Positions 32,682 to 42,412 of a DNA stretch of 64,000 nt are shown one piece after another. The stretch's first letter is position 1. The number at the start of each line of letters is the position of its first letter. Location: assembly GCA_963662655.2 (NCBI GenBank), contig CAXXTU010000002.1, positions 960,001 to 1,024,000 of the forward strand, written 5' to 3'. This DNA comes from Candidatus Cloacimonadales bacterium (GTDB lineage Bacteria > Cloacimonadota > Cloacimonadia > Cloacimonadales > JAIOQZ01). Below the pieces are notes generated by a model that had not been told where the DNA came from, ran no database searches, and worked only from the letters and a program-made list of their open reading frames with translations. Both the position numbers and the translations under genes were made by a program.

Positions 32682-33437
32682 TCAGGAGAGCTGGATATGC
32701 TCGAATCCAGTCAATACGTTGAACGACTTTCCCTGAGCCATGGCGATCAGATACAGCCTGTGCTTCCAGGCGAGGTGAATCGCTTCGGACGTTGCCGAGG
32801 ACTGCGAGATAATCGCCGGAAAACCGATTCTTATTGCCTTCATGACGATGTCGGACGTGATTCTACCACTGCAAAGGATCGCGCATTTTGAAATGGGGAC
32901 ATCCTCCAGAATCACCAGTCCGCAGACTTTGTCCAGGGCGTTCTGGCGCCTGATATCCTCGGCGAAATAGAGCTGCGTGCCTTCGAGCAGAACGGCCGCG
33001 CTGTGTATCCCGCCAATCTCGTTGAAAAGGATAGATTGCCCGGAAAACTTGTCCAGCTCCCCGAAGAACACGGAGGTATCAAACTCGTAGAATGGGAAAT
33101 CGAATCGACTCGGCGTGATCTCTCTTTGCAAGGTAGATGCGGAAGAGATTTGCCTGAGAATCGCTTTGGGATCGATGGACGAGGCGATATCTACGCGGAG
33201 CGGATCGTAGGAGATATCGAGTCCCATGTATTCTTCAATATCGGTGAGATAACCCTCCGAGAAAACAAACCCCACAGCCATTTCTTCCAGCATATCTGCC
33301 AAAGCGGGTATTGCACTGACCATGGTTCCGTTTATCATGATCTCGAGCGTCTGCTCGCGAATGCTCAAACCGGTCTTGAACTCGTATTTGCCATTCCTGA
33401 AAACACCCAACTCGTGAAGAAATCGTTGATCATCCAT
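32682..33437 (-). CDS. fdhD: Formate dehydrogenase accessory sulfurtransferase FdhD (divergent)
   Basis: EMAVGFVFSEG, GGIHSAA, EDIRRQNALDK, SGRITSDIVMKA. Confidence 0.85.
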   Translation of the reverse strand: MDDQRFLHELGVFRNGKYEFKTGLSIREQTLEIMINGTMVSAIPALADMLEEMAVGFVFSEGYLTDIEEYMGLDISYDPLRVDIASSIDPKAILRQISSASTLQREITPSRFDFPFYEFDTSVFFGELDKFSGQSILFNEIGGIHSAAVLLEGTQLYFAEDIRRQNALDKVCGLVILEDVPISKCAILCSGRITSDIVMKAIRIGFPAIISQSSATSEAIHLAWKHRLYLIAMAQGKSFNVLTGFEHIQLS

Positions 33438-33554
33438 GCTTGACCTGCCATATATTAATCATCTTGATGCGCAAAACACCTTAAAATACAGAATAGAACT
33501 TGTCAAAAGAAATACACGTTGCTTCTTTGAGAAAAAAAGTTTCAGGAGAACCGC

Positions 33555-35747
33555 ATGAAGCCTGTTTACCTCGATTTCAACGCCACAACGCCGATCGCAC
33601 CGGAAGTTGCAAACACCATGAAACCTTTTCTCGAAGAATTCTTCGGGAATCCATCCAGCAGTCACTGGTTTGGCATTCAGACACGCAAAGCGGTTGAAGA
33701 AGCCCGTAAACAGGTCGCCGATCTCCTCGGCGCGTATCCCGACGAGATCATTTTCACCAGCGGCGGAACGGAATCGAACAACTACGCGATCAAAGGCATC
33801 GCGTTCGCACGCAGGGATCGCGGGAACCATATCGTCACTTCCTCCATCGAACACCCCGCGGTCATCGAAGTGTGCCGCTTCCTGGAGAAGCACGACTTCC
33901 GGATCACGTACCTTCCGGTTGACGAGTTCGGCCTCGTGAATCCAGCCGATCTAGAAGAGGCCATCACCTCTCAAACGATCCTCGTGTCGATCATGCACGC
34001 CAACAACGAAGTCGGCACGATCCAGCCAATCTCCGAACTCGCCTCGATCGCACACCGGCACGATGCCGTCTTCCACTGCGATGCGGCTCAATCCGTGGGA
34101 AAAATCCCCGTCATCGTCAACGATTTGGGCGTTGACCTCCTCTCGATCGCCGGGCACAAGCTCTACGCCCCGAAAGGAATCGGCGCACTCTACATCCGTA
34201 GAGGCATCACACTCGAGAAGATGATTCACGGAGCGGACCACGAGCAGAACCTTCGCGCCGGCACGGAGAACATCCTTGAGATCGCCGGACTGGGCAAAGC
34301 CTGCGAGATAGCCGCTCGCGACCTCGACAAAAACATGCGCCACATGAAATCCATGCGGGACCGCCTGCATGATAAACTCAGTGAATCCGGGCTCGATTTC
34401 CGTCTGAACGGACATCCGGAAAATCGGCTTCCCAACACGTTGAGCCTTTCGTTTTACAAAGTGGAAGCAAACACGGTTCTTTCGGAGTTGGACGACGTCG
34501 CAGCCTCCGCAGGAGCAGCCTGCCACTCGGATCAGGTCGATGTCTCCGCGGTCCTGGAAGCGATGCAGGTCCCGATCGAGTACGCGATGGGAACCATTCG
34601 CCTGTCGACGGGACGTTCTACAACGGACGAGGATATCGATTTCGCCGCCAAAAGAATTGTCGAAGTCGTTTCGCGATTCCAGGATCAGGGCGATGAACCG
34701 GCTTGCATTGTCCCGACAAGCGACATCAAGCTGACCCATTTTACGCATGGAATGGGATGCGCCTGCAAAATTGAGCCGGACGTCCTCGAGTCCATCTTGC
34801 GAAAGCTCCCACAGCCGATCCACGACAAAATCCTCGTCGGTACTTCCACTGCGGACGACGCGGCGGTTTACATGCTCAGCGACGATCAAGCTGTCGTTGT
34901 TACCCTCGATTTCTTCACCCCGATCGCGGACGATCCTTACACTTTCGGTCAAATCGCGGCTGCCAACGCCATGAGCGACCTCTACGCCATGGGCGCTACT
35001 CCTCTGTTCGGCCTGAACATCGTTGCATTCCCCACGAAACGCCTTCCGCTATCCGTGCTGGAAGACGTACTCAGGGGCGCGCAGTCCAAGGCGGATGAAG
35101 CAGGGATTTTCATCATCGGCGGTCACTCCATCGAGGATCCCGAGCTGAAATACGGAATGGTTGCCGTGGGAATCGTTCACCCGGATCGAATCTGGCGCAA
35201 CGCGGGAATCAAGCCTGGCGATGCCCTCGTTCTCACCAAACCGATCGGAACCGGAGTCCTCTCGACAGCCCTGAAGCGTGGATTGCTGGATGCTTCTCAG
35301 GAGCAAATGCTCAACCAAACGATGTCTGCGCTCAACGCTACCACCTACTCGGTACTAAAGGATTATCAGGTCAATGCCTGCACCGATGTCACCGGCTTCG
35401 GATTGCTGGGTCATTTGACGGAGATGAGCGTCCACAGCGGTATGGATGTCGATATCATCGCGGATCAAGTTCCCGCGCTTGACGGGGTTCTCGAGCTGAT
35501 TGCCGCAAATGTGGTTCCCGGCGGAACGCTGGCGAACTTGCGTCACGTTTCGGGAATGATCGAATGGAACCTGGCCAGACCTCTTCAGCTCCTTCTCTGC
35601 GATGCGCAGACCTCCGGCGGTTTACTCGCTTCCGTTCCGAAAGAAATGGCTGCGGAAATCCTGGCAAAGTTGAAAGCAAAGGGATTGACGGCAGCAATTA
35701 TCGGTCACGCGAAGGGAGAAGGATCAGGGAAAATCTTCGTCAGGTAG
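33555..35747 (+). CDS. selD: Cysteine desulfurase (NifS/IscS)-selenide,water dikinase fusion
   Basis: N-half: YLDFNATTP, SGGTES, AGHKLYAPKG, GAACHS. C-half: GCACKI, DDAAV, DFFTP, GGHS, TDVTGFGL, QTSGGLL. Confidence 0.95.
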   Translation: MKPVYLDFNATTPIAPEVANTMKPFLEEFFGNPSSSHWFGIQTRKAVEEARKQVADLLGAYPDEIIFTSGGTESNNYAIKGIAFARRDRGNHIVTSSIEHPAVIEVCRFLEKHDFRITYLPVDEFGLVNPADLEEAITSQTILVSIMHANNEVGTIQPISELASIAHRHDAVFHCDAAQSVGKIPVIVNDLGVDLLSIAGHKLYAPKGIGALYIRRGITLEKMIHGADHEQNLRAGTENILEIAGLGKACEIAARDLDKNMRHMKSMRDRLHDKLSESGLDFRLNGHPENRLPNTLSLSFYKVEANTVLSELDDVAASAGAACHSDQVDVSAVLEAMQVPIEYAMGTIRLSTGRSTTDEDIDFAAKRIVEVVSRFQDQGDEPACIVPTSDIKLTHFTHGMGCACKIEPDVLESILRKLPQPIHDKILVGTSTADDAAVYMLSDDQAVVVTLDFFTPIADDPYTFGQIAAANAMSDLYAMGATPLFGLNIVAFPTKRLPLSVLEDVLRGAQSKADEAGIFIIGGHSIEDPELKYGMVAVGIVHPDRIWRNAGIKPGDALVLTKPIGTGVLSTALKRGLLDASQEQMLNQTMSALNATTYSVLKDYQVNACTDVTGFGLLGHLTEMSVHSGMDVDIIADQVPALDGVLELIAANVVPGGTLANLRHVSGMIEWNLARPLQLLLCDAQTSGGLLASVPKEMAAEILAKLKAKGLTAAIIGHAKGEGSGKIFVR

Positions 35748-36418
35748 TCCTCACGATTCTTGAAATCGAGCCAATCGCGATTGATCCAGGCCTCGCGTGT
35801 GGGTTCGATCTGGCGATACGCGAATCTCCGTCTGTCGAAACGCCTGATCCAGCTTTGCAGCAAACGATGCCAGCAGGTTTTATCAAATGAGTCCGGCGAG
35901 AACGTCTGCAAATAGTCCCGCGCGGCTTGCCGGAAAACTTCTTGCGGATAGTTCGAGGCGAGATGCAGCAAAAAGTGGATCGTATCCACCTGCGGTAAGT
36001 CCATGCGGCAGTCCGAGAAATCGATCATGTACCACCGGTTGTCCCTGCAAAGATAGTTCCGCGGATTCACATCGATGTGACACAACACCTTTTGTCCGTC
36101 CGTTTTAAGCGCATGAATCGCCTTATGCAGTTCGGCGATCGCCCTGAAGTCACGCCCGGAATCCGTACAGTCGATGAGTGTCACATCAGAAATGTACTCG
36201 ATAATCAGATTTTTGTGGTTGTCGTGATCAATGAGTTTGGGGGCAAACGCAGGCTGAAAACGGTATACTTCGAGTTCATTGTGGAAAGCCTGTGCCGAAG
36301 AAAATTTCTTGGTTACCGTCCGATGTTCGACATCGACAATGATGACCGACTTCGCTGTCTGAATGGTCTCAGTTGTCTTTTCTTCGTCCTTCAAGCTTCT
36401 TATCGATTGATTCATCAA
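35705..36418 (-). CDS. APH/RIO-like phosphotransferase
   Basis: LCHIDVNPRNYL and MIDFSD kinase motifs. Confidence 0.75.
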   Translation of the reverse strand: MMNQSIRSLKDEEKTTETIQTAKSVIIVDVEHRTVTKKFSSAQAFHNELEVYRFQPAFAPKLIDHDNHKNLIIEYISDVTLIDCTDSGRDFRAIAELHKAIHALKTDGQKVLCHIDVNPRNYLCRDNRWYMIDFSDCRMDLPQVDTIHFLLHLASNYPQEVFRQAARDYLQTFSPDSFDKTCWHRLLQSWIRRFDRRRFAYRQIEPTREAWINRDWLDFKNREDYLTKIFPDPSPFA

Positions 36419-37943
36419 AAATCACCATCTCGGTATCTTTCGCGTAGACTCCGAATGAAAGGCTGTTTGCCGATTTGAATTTTTCCAGGATTCGCGTCAT
36501 CTGATTGAAGGCTGACTTGATCCGGTCGAGGTATTTCGTCTGCTTCTCGCTCAGCGAGCTTGTTTCATTCAGCATCTCGAACATCTCGAGGTTGCCTCTC
36601 ATCACCATCAGCGGTTGATTCAATTCATGATGGGCGGTAACGGCGAGCGCGAGCGCGGAGTTGCGTTTTTCAAGCTGGATAACCTCTTGCTGGGTTTGCT
36701 TGAGCATGAGGTACGATTTCTCGAGTTCCTCATTCTTCTGGCGGTAAATCTCCGCTTCCTTTTCCTTCTTCTCCGTCTCGAAGCGCGTCTGCATCTCCGC
36801 AAGCTTCTTGTTGCTTTCCTCGTTGAACAGCTCGTCCTTCACGCGGGAGAATTTCAAGTGATACTGATATGCCTTCTCGAAATCGAGTTTCAGTTCATAC
36901 AGCTTGGAAAGCTCGTAGTAGCTGTCTTTGAGGTCGTACCGGAAGCTGGATTCAATGGCTTCTTCCACGCTTCTAATCAGGTATTTCTCGGCGCTATCGA
37001 GGTCGTTGAGCTTACGATGAATTCTTCCGAGATATCGCAACGCCATGACAGTGTTTTCCTTGAAGTCGATGCTTTCGCTGATCTCGAGCGCTTGATTAAG
37101 GCAATCGATCGCTTCCTTGTGGTTCCCGTTCGAGTAGTGTACCATCCCGATGCCACTCAGGCTACTGCTTATACCTTCAGCATGCCCGATCTCCCGGCTA
37201 AGCTCAAGCGCTTCCTGATAGCACAAAATCGCCTTGGGGTAGTCACCCAGCTTGTAGTATAGCTTTCCCAGATTGTTCATTGCGAAACCGCAGCGCTCTT
37301 TGATACCAAGCTCGCATACGAGTTCATAGCCTCGCTGGAAATATTCGAGCGCACGATCGTAATCTTCCAGAGCGTAATAGATTTCACCGATATTCATTAG
37401 CGGGTCTGCCGAAAGACTTGGGTCGTTCAATTCTTCCGCGAGCTGCAAGGCCTTCAACTGATAATCCAGCGCGATATCCTGAAGCCCCCAGTTCTGGTAA
37501 AGCTCGCCCATGTTGATGTAGCAAATCGCGATTCCATCCTTGGCCGATCTCTTCTGCTGGATTTCAAGCGCTTTCTTGTAGTACTCGAATGCAAGATCGT
37601 TCTGCCCGTAATTGGCGTAGTTAACGGCGATATTGTTATAGCAACTCGCGATGCCGTCCAGATAGTCGATTTCCAGCGACAACTGCAAGCTCTGATTGTA
37701 GTAGTCGATTGCCTGAGAGTAGTTACCGGCGATACCATACGATATCCCGATGAAACGGAGGGCGTTACACTCTTCCAACTTATTGCCGTACTGCTTCGAA
37801 AGCGTCAACGCTTTGAAGCCGAATTCTCGGCTCTTGTCCGTTGAGATTTGAGAGTATACCTTACTGATGCGATTGATATAAGGAATCTGGTCAGGCTCCG
37901 ACAAATCCCGCATTTCTTCCATCAGTTTTTCAATTAAATCCAT
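36369..37943 (-). CDS. TPR-repeat protein with a C-terminal HisKA-like H-box and no ATPase domain
   Basis: Repeated ALEYYxxAL / NNLG TPR units; VTAHHELNQPL near the C-terminus. Confidence 0.85.
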   Translation of the reverse strand: MDLIEKLMEEMRDLSEPDQIPYINRISKVYSQISTDKSREFGFKALTLSKQYGNKLEECNALRFIGISYGIAGNYSQAIDYYNQSLQLSLEIDYLDGIASCYNNIAVNYANYGQNDLAFEYYKKALEIQQKRSAKDGIAICYINMGELYQNWGLQDIALDYQLKALQLAEELNDPSLSADPLMNIGEIYYALEDYDRALEYFQRGYELVCELGIKERCGFAMNNLGKLYYKLGDYPKAILCYQEALELSREIGHAEGISSSLSGIGMVHYSNGNHKEAIDCLNQALEISESIDFKENTVMALRYLGRIHRKLNDLDSAEKYLIRSVEEAIESSFRYDLKDSYYELSKLYELKLDFEKAYQYHLKFSRVKDELFNEESNKKLAEMQTRFETEKKEKEAEIYRQKNEELEKSYLMLKQTQQEVIQLEKRNSALALAVTAHHELNQPLMVMRGNLEMFEMLNETSSLSEKQTKYLDRIKSAFNQMTRILEKFKSANSLSFGVYAKDTEMVIFDESIDKKLEGRRKDN

Positions 37944-37946
37944 ACA

Positions 37947-38705
37947 TCACCGTTCCGGTTTCATGAGGATCTCGATATCTTTGTCCGAAAATCCCTTCAG
38001 ATTTTTAACCATGCCGTAGATTGCATCGTAGATCATGTCTTGCACAAACGGTACCATTACGATGTTTTTACCGTCGATTCTCAGCGATAGTTTCTCGGCC
38101 CTGTCCGTTACGCAATCGTCACGGGCCATCTCGCCGCCCAGTATCTTTCCCACGGCAACGCGGCACGGAAAGCCGCATGCCGTGCAACACGCCTCATCAG
38201 CCATCGGCAATACTCTAAAGACCTTATCGATGACAATATCTGCGATTTCCCTTATATTTTTTTCAGGATGCAGGACGGGAAGTCCTTTGTATGTGTCATA
38301 ATTGTTTGACACCTTTCCCGAAATTGCGACAACCGTGTCGTCCAAGAGTTCATCAATCTGCTCCAGGCTTTCCGCGCACAGAATGCGTGGAAGCGGTTCT
38401 TCCTTCATTCCTTCCACGACGACATACTCCGCGTCCAGCTTCGCGAGCATTTGCTTGAGCGAGAGTTGCCGGTGCCAGATTTGATAGGTCTCCGTCAATC
38501 CTCGCGCAATGATGGTTTCACTACCTGCTTCCCAGTGGCGCCAGGTGTTCGAGCCCACCTTTTCCATGGTGAATTGCTCGTTGTGAATATCCTTGATGGA
38601 CTGCACGGAATGGCCCCGCCGCCTGAGCTCCGCGATGAGATTCTCCGCGACGGTTGTCTTTCCCGTGTGATGGTATCCCGCTATGCTGAGTACTTTCAAA
38701 ACCAC
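37947..38705 (-). CDS. mobB: Molybdopterin-guanine dinucleotide biosynthesis protein MobB with Fe-S domain
   Basis: GYHHTGKTT, IKDIH, VVEGMK; CTACGFPC...C; MVPFVQ tail. Confidence 0.85.
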   Translation of the reverse strand: MVLKVLSIAGYHHTGKTTVAENLIAELRRRGHSVQSIKDIHNEQFTMEKVGSNTWRHWEAGSETIIARGLTETYQIWHRQLSLKQMLAKLDAEYVVVEGMKEEPLPRILCAESLEQIDELLDDTVVAISGKVSNNYDTYKGLPVLHPEKNIREIADIVIDKVFRVLPMADEACCTACGFPCRVAVGKILGGEMARDDCVTDRAEKLSLRIDGKNIVMVPFVQDMIYDAIYGMVKNLKGFSDKDIEILMKPER

Positions 38706-38708
38706 CTC

Positions 38709-39347
38709 CTACGGCAGGATGTTCGGCGCCCACTCGAAGAGCAGGAACTGCAATCTGCCGATCAGTAAAGAGATACGCGCCATCGCCGTGTAGCCGAACG
38801 CCGCGCCGAAGCTGACCATGAGGAAGTAGATACCGACCTTAGCGCCGACGCCGAAGGCACCCTCGTGCTTCTTGCTGAAAAAGAAGTAGATCACTCCGCA
38901 GATGGTCCCGACAACCAGAAGAAGCTGCCCCACGATTTCCACCGCCGATCCGTTGAACGGATTGATCATGGTGGCGGTAATCTGGGAGAGCACATCCGAC
39001 TTCATGTATCGCATGAAAGAGATGCCCGCAGTTGTACCAATCATCAATGCGATAGGATACCTGCTGAGCCATGCGACTTTCGGAACGAGTTGGGTTAACA
39101 TCAGGATGCCGAGGATCCCCGGGACGATCAACAGCCAGTGCGCTCCGAAATCGGCGCTGAGCTTGTTGAACAGGTTGGGAATCAGGATGAAATAGATGGT
39201 GTAAACAAACCAGTATCCCGCGGAGAGCCCCACGAATATCTGCTCTGCGACTTTATAGAATGGATTGTCCTTGTAAAGAAAACTGTAGATGCCAAACGTG
39301 AGGAGAGCGCCGATCCACAATCCAAGCCAATTCATGAAGTGTACCAT
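38709..39347 (-). CDS. Conserved hypothetical integral membrane protein
   Basis: About 6 TM helices; YSFLYKDNPFYK, FGAAFGYTAMARISLLIGRLQFL. Confidence 0.8.
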   Translation of the reverse strand: MVHFMNWLGLWIGALLTFGIYSFLYKDNPFYKVAEQIFVGLSAGYWFVYTIYFILIPNLFNKLSADFGAHWLLIVPGILGILMLTQLVPKVAWLSRYPIALMIGTTAGISFMRYMKSDVLSQITATMINPFNGSAVEIVGQLLLVVGTICGVIYFFFSKKHEGAFGVGAKVGIYFLMVSFGAAFGYTAMARISLLIGRLQFLLFEWAPNILP

Positions 39348-40177
39348 TATTCCCCCCTTTTCCGCTTGCGAATTAGATGATACTGTATATTTCCGACCGC
39401 GATGAATAGAATGATGATTAAATGGGCGATCGATTGAGCGTCCATACCGCTTGTGGCGATATCGATGTGGCCGCTGAGCTTTTCGTATTCCGCGGCAGCC
39501 TTCAAGCCGCCGAGGAGTCCGTGCAACTGCTTCTGTTCATTGATATAAGGAAGGATCGCGGGAGCGCTGACAGCGGTTGCACCGCCGGTGGTTATCACCT
39601 TGTTCTTGTCATGTGCGACCATCACCCACTCCTTGATGCCGGGCGCGCCGGCGGAGAAGCTGTACACAAACGCGAAGTCCGTCAGGTTGCGAATGCCGTC
39701 CATGATGGGAAGCTCGCCGATGGGCGTTCCGCTCATATCGGCAGGGTAAACGTCCCGGATATCCGATCCCATCTTCTGAATGGTGACGATTCCTCCGGCC
39801 TTGAAGCCGAGGTTAACATAGTCGACACCATCTTCGATCCCGGGCATCTCTTCTTTCAAGCGCTTGAATGTATCCGCGCAAAGACTCGCCCCCATCGGCC
39901 AGAGCGCAGTGCAGACGATCTTGTATTTTCGTTCCAGGGCGTTCCGCGCCACGGCGTACGCCATGGGATGGAGCTCCGGCTTGCTGGCGGGATCGTAATC
40001 GAATGACAGAAGAATGTGGGAGCCTTCCGGTTGGCCGTTGACCAGGTCATACACCATCTGCACATTCTCGGACGACTCGATGGGCAACCCGAGCTTGAAG
40101 ATCAACGGGAGAGCGACGCCGATCAGGATCAGCGTAAAGAGGGTTCTGCGTGTGTTTTCCGGACTCATCTTCATCAT
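39347..40177 (-). CDS. Conserved hypothetical membrane protein (terminal TMs, soluble alpha/beta core)
   Basis: FDYDPASKPELHPM, DYVNLGF, GLLGGLKAAAEYE, MDAQSIAH. Confidence 0.8.
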   Translation of the reverse strand: MMKMSPENTRRTLFTLILIGVALPLIFKLGLPIESSENVQMVYDLVNGQPEGSHILLSFDYDPASKPELHPMAYAVARNALERKYKIVCTALWPMGASLCADTFKRLKEEMPGIEDGVDYVNLGFKAGGIVTIQKMGSDIRDVYPADMSGTPIGELPIMDGIRNLTDFAFVYSFSAGAPGIKEWVMVAHDKNKVITTGGATAVSAPAILPYINEQKQLHGLLGGLKAAAEYEKLSGHIDIATSGMDAQSIAHLIIILFIAVGNIQYHLIRKRKRGE

Positions 40178-40869
40178 TCACCTCCCAGGTAGGAGCGTTC
40201 GATGCCCAGGATGATCCGCAGGCTGCTTCCGATGATTCCCAGCCCCGCGCATATCATGATCGCTCGCTGACCGGCGGTGTTGGGGTATTTCATGATGAAC
40301 TCGGCCAGGTTGGGCAGGTGCAGGAAGCTGAGCGCGTCGGGGAGCCAGCCGGTCAGGAAGCTTCCCAGGCTCGTGCGTCCCAACATGACCAGAACCGCGG
40401 CGATCAGGAGCAGGTTCGATTCCGTGGTCCTGCCGATGAACGCCCTGTACGCTGCCGAAGCGATAAAGAACGCCAGCAGGGAGAACATCGACGCCGAAAG
40501 GTGCTGGTACACGTTGTTGAACATGTAATCGAACGGCTTGGAGCCTATCGACTGTACCAGGCTTGTGCCTGCGCCGAGGATCCCGGCGTTGTCTTCCGTT
40601 CCCCAGAAGAGTCCGAAGATCACCATGACGGCGAAGCTGACGATCGTGACGATAAAGTATTGCCAGTTCGGCAATTTGTGCTTGATCTTGAGCACATGCA
40701 CCTTGATGAGGTTCATCTGCCCCAAAATAATGGCAAATCCGGCGATGATCATAAACCAGTCTTCCAGACCGCCGGTCAGTGTTCCGAACGGCTTGTGGGG
40801 AATGAACTCGGCTACGATCACGAGGATTCCGACGAAAAAAGCGATAAGTAGTGGTATTCTTCTTTTCAT
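40174..40869 (-). CDS. Conserved hypothetical integral membrane protein
   Basis: Multiple TMs; SMFSLLAFFIASAAYRAF, PNTAGQRAI, LRIILGIER. Confidence 0.8.
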   Translation of the reverse strand: MKRRIPLLIAFFVGILVIVAEFIPHKPFGTLTGGLEDWFMIIAGFAIILGQMNLIKVHVLKIKHKLPNWQYFIVTIVSFAVMVIFGLFWGTEDNAGILGAGTSLVQSIGSKPFDYMFNNVYQHLSASMFSLLAFFIASAAYRAFIGRTTESNLLLIAAVLVMLGRTSLGSFLTGWLPDALSFLHLPNLAEFIMKYPNTAGQRAIMICAGLGIIGSSLRIILGIERSYLGGE

Positions 40870-40880
40870 ACTTCAATCCA

Positions 40881-41987
40881 TCAATGTGCAATCAGGAAAT
40901 CTTTCAGAAAATGGACGCCGGCGATTTCCAGGATGATGCCGACGGCTAGAACAATCACAAACAGCGCTTTTCCGACGTCCTGCCCCTTCAAGCTCCCCAA
41001 CTGATGCGGATCCTTGGAAAGGTAGGCGGACGCGGCGAAAAGCTCTTCACCGATCAGTGTATAATCACATGCTGCAACAAAGAAAGGCAACTGGCTGGGC
41101 ATCGCGGTTCCAGCGGTCTGGATCGCGCCGCTGGTGAAGCCCGTCTCGGCCAGGATGAGCGATTCCGCGTAAAATGCCCCCATCAGGAAGATGGCTGCGG
41201 GTTTTTCGCGAATGATGATGCCATCGACGCCGGCAACAAAGCCGAACTGGTCGTCCGTGAGATAGAACACGGAATCCGGGAGGTATGAATCCGGCCGCCC
41301 CGCCTTCATGTAGGATTCCTTGACCGTTTCACGGGCGGCGGAAAGTACCATGGAGCGCGACACGGGCACCAGAAGCTTGGTGTCGTACTCTGCGGTGCGT
41401 TGCGCCAGCTTCCCTAGGATGGTCAGGCCGGCGATGGTTTGCATGTCGTCGAGGTCCATGATTCCCGGAACGAAGAGGATCGGTTTGCCCATTTCCGTTG
41501 CGCGACCAACGGCTTCCTCCATCGAGTCGAGTCCGCTGATGCGCCGGATGTAGAGGTCTTTGCCACTACGGGCCGAGGCGATGTAGAAGATGATTGCGCC
41601 CGAGAGGATGATCGCCATGATGAGCAGGGAAATCTTGTCGGTGTTGAACCACTGGGCCTTGGCGATAGCCCTTCCAACCTCCTGAGCGAGCGATTGTCCG
41701 TCCGCATCGAGAATGGATATGCGATAGTCGTAGATCTCCCCCGCCGAGATGTTGTTCGTGTCCAGGAAGCTGTTCTTTCCGGAATCGACCGTGGCGATCA
41801 CCTGGAAATCTTCGTTTCCGGTTTTCCGTTCGATTTGTATGCTGTAGATGTCGGCTCCGGCGTACTCCCATTTTAGATCGATCCCCGAGCCATCGTCATT
41901 GGGATGATCAAAGACCTGGAAGCCGACTCCTGCCGCCCACGCAGAGCATAAACCTAACAGCATAAGCAAGTTAAGCAGCATTTTCAT
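40881..41987 (-). CDS. FN3 + DUF6754-like membrane protein
   Basis: Signal peptide, FN3-like domain, IRRISGLDSMEEAVGRATEMGKP, AESLILAE, LIGEELFAASAYL. Confidence 0.75.
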   Translation of the reverse strand: MKMLLNLLMLLGLCSAWAAGVGFQVFDHPNDDGSGIDLKWEYAGADIYSIQIERKTGNEDFQVIATVDSGKNSFLDTNNISAGEIYDYRISILDADGQSLAQEVGRAIAKAQWFNTDKISLLIMAIILSGAIIFYIASARSGKDLYIRRISGLDSMEEAVGRATEMGKPILFVPGIMDLDDMQTIAGLTILGKLAQRTAEYDTKLLVPVSRSMVLSAARETVKESYMKAGRPDSYLPDSVFYLTDDQFGFVAGVDGIIIREKPAAIFLMGAFYAESLILAETGFTSGAIQTAGTAMPSQLPFFVAACDYTLIGEELFAASAYLSKDPHQLGSLKGQDVGKALFVIVLAVGIILEIAGVHFLKDFLIAH

Positions 41988-42191
41988 AAATATCTCCAGA
42001 TTTTGGATTATATTTTTTAATTTCAATTCTTGATGAAAATTGTGTCAAGAAAAACAGTTTTTGCATGAAAACGGAAGAGCATTTCTTATGGTCCGGCAGT
42101 CATCTTGTGTCGTTGAGCGAGTGTTTTTTCGTATTCTTCACCACCTTTCATCTTGACACGGAAATCACAGGGATTTTCATGGCGTTGGCTG

Positions 42192-42268
42192 GCCCCCGTA
42201 GCTCAGGTGGATAGAGCAGTTCCCTCCTAAGGAAAAGGTCGCACGTTCGAGTCGTGCCGGGGGCGCCA
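42192..42268 (+). tRNA. tRNA-Arg (CCT)
   Basis: Acceptor GCCCCCG/CGGGGGC-G-CCA, D arm GCTC/GAGC, loop CT-CCT-AA, T arm GCACG-TTCGAGT-CGTGC; TTGACA at 42153. Confidence 0.95.
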
Positions 42269-42412
42269 CTTTTGCATCTACAATAATTGCAGCAACTTGC
42301 TCTTCCCCTCCTGGCGCAGGTAGATACTCCCTACTATCTCTCGCGATAAAGTCCTTGCCATTTTCGCACGATTCTTAGGCTTGGTTCGTGAATCACAGGG
42401 GGTTAGCGCACC

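Noticed and set aside
42192..42268. tRNA-Arg as an integration site for an island
   Set aside because: No integrase and no duplicated tRNA 3' end seen; mfd follows directly.
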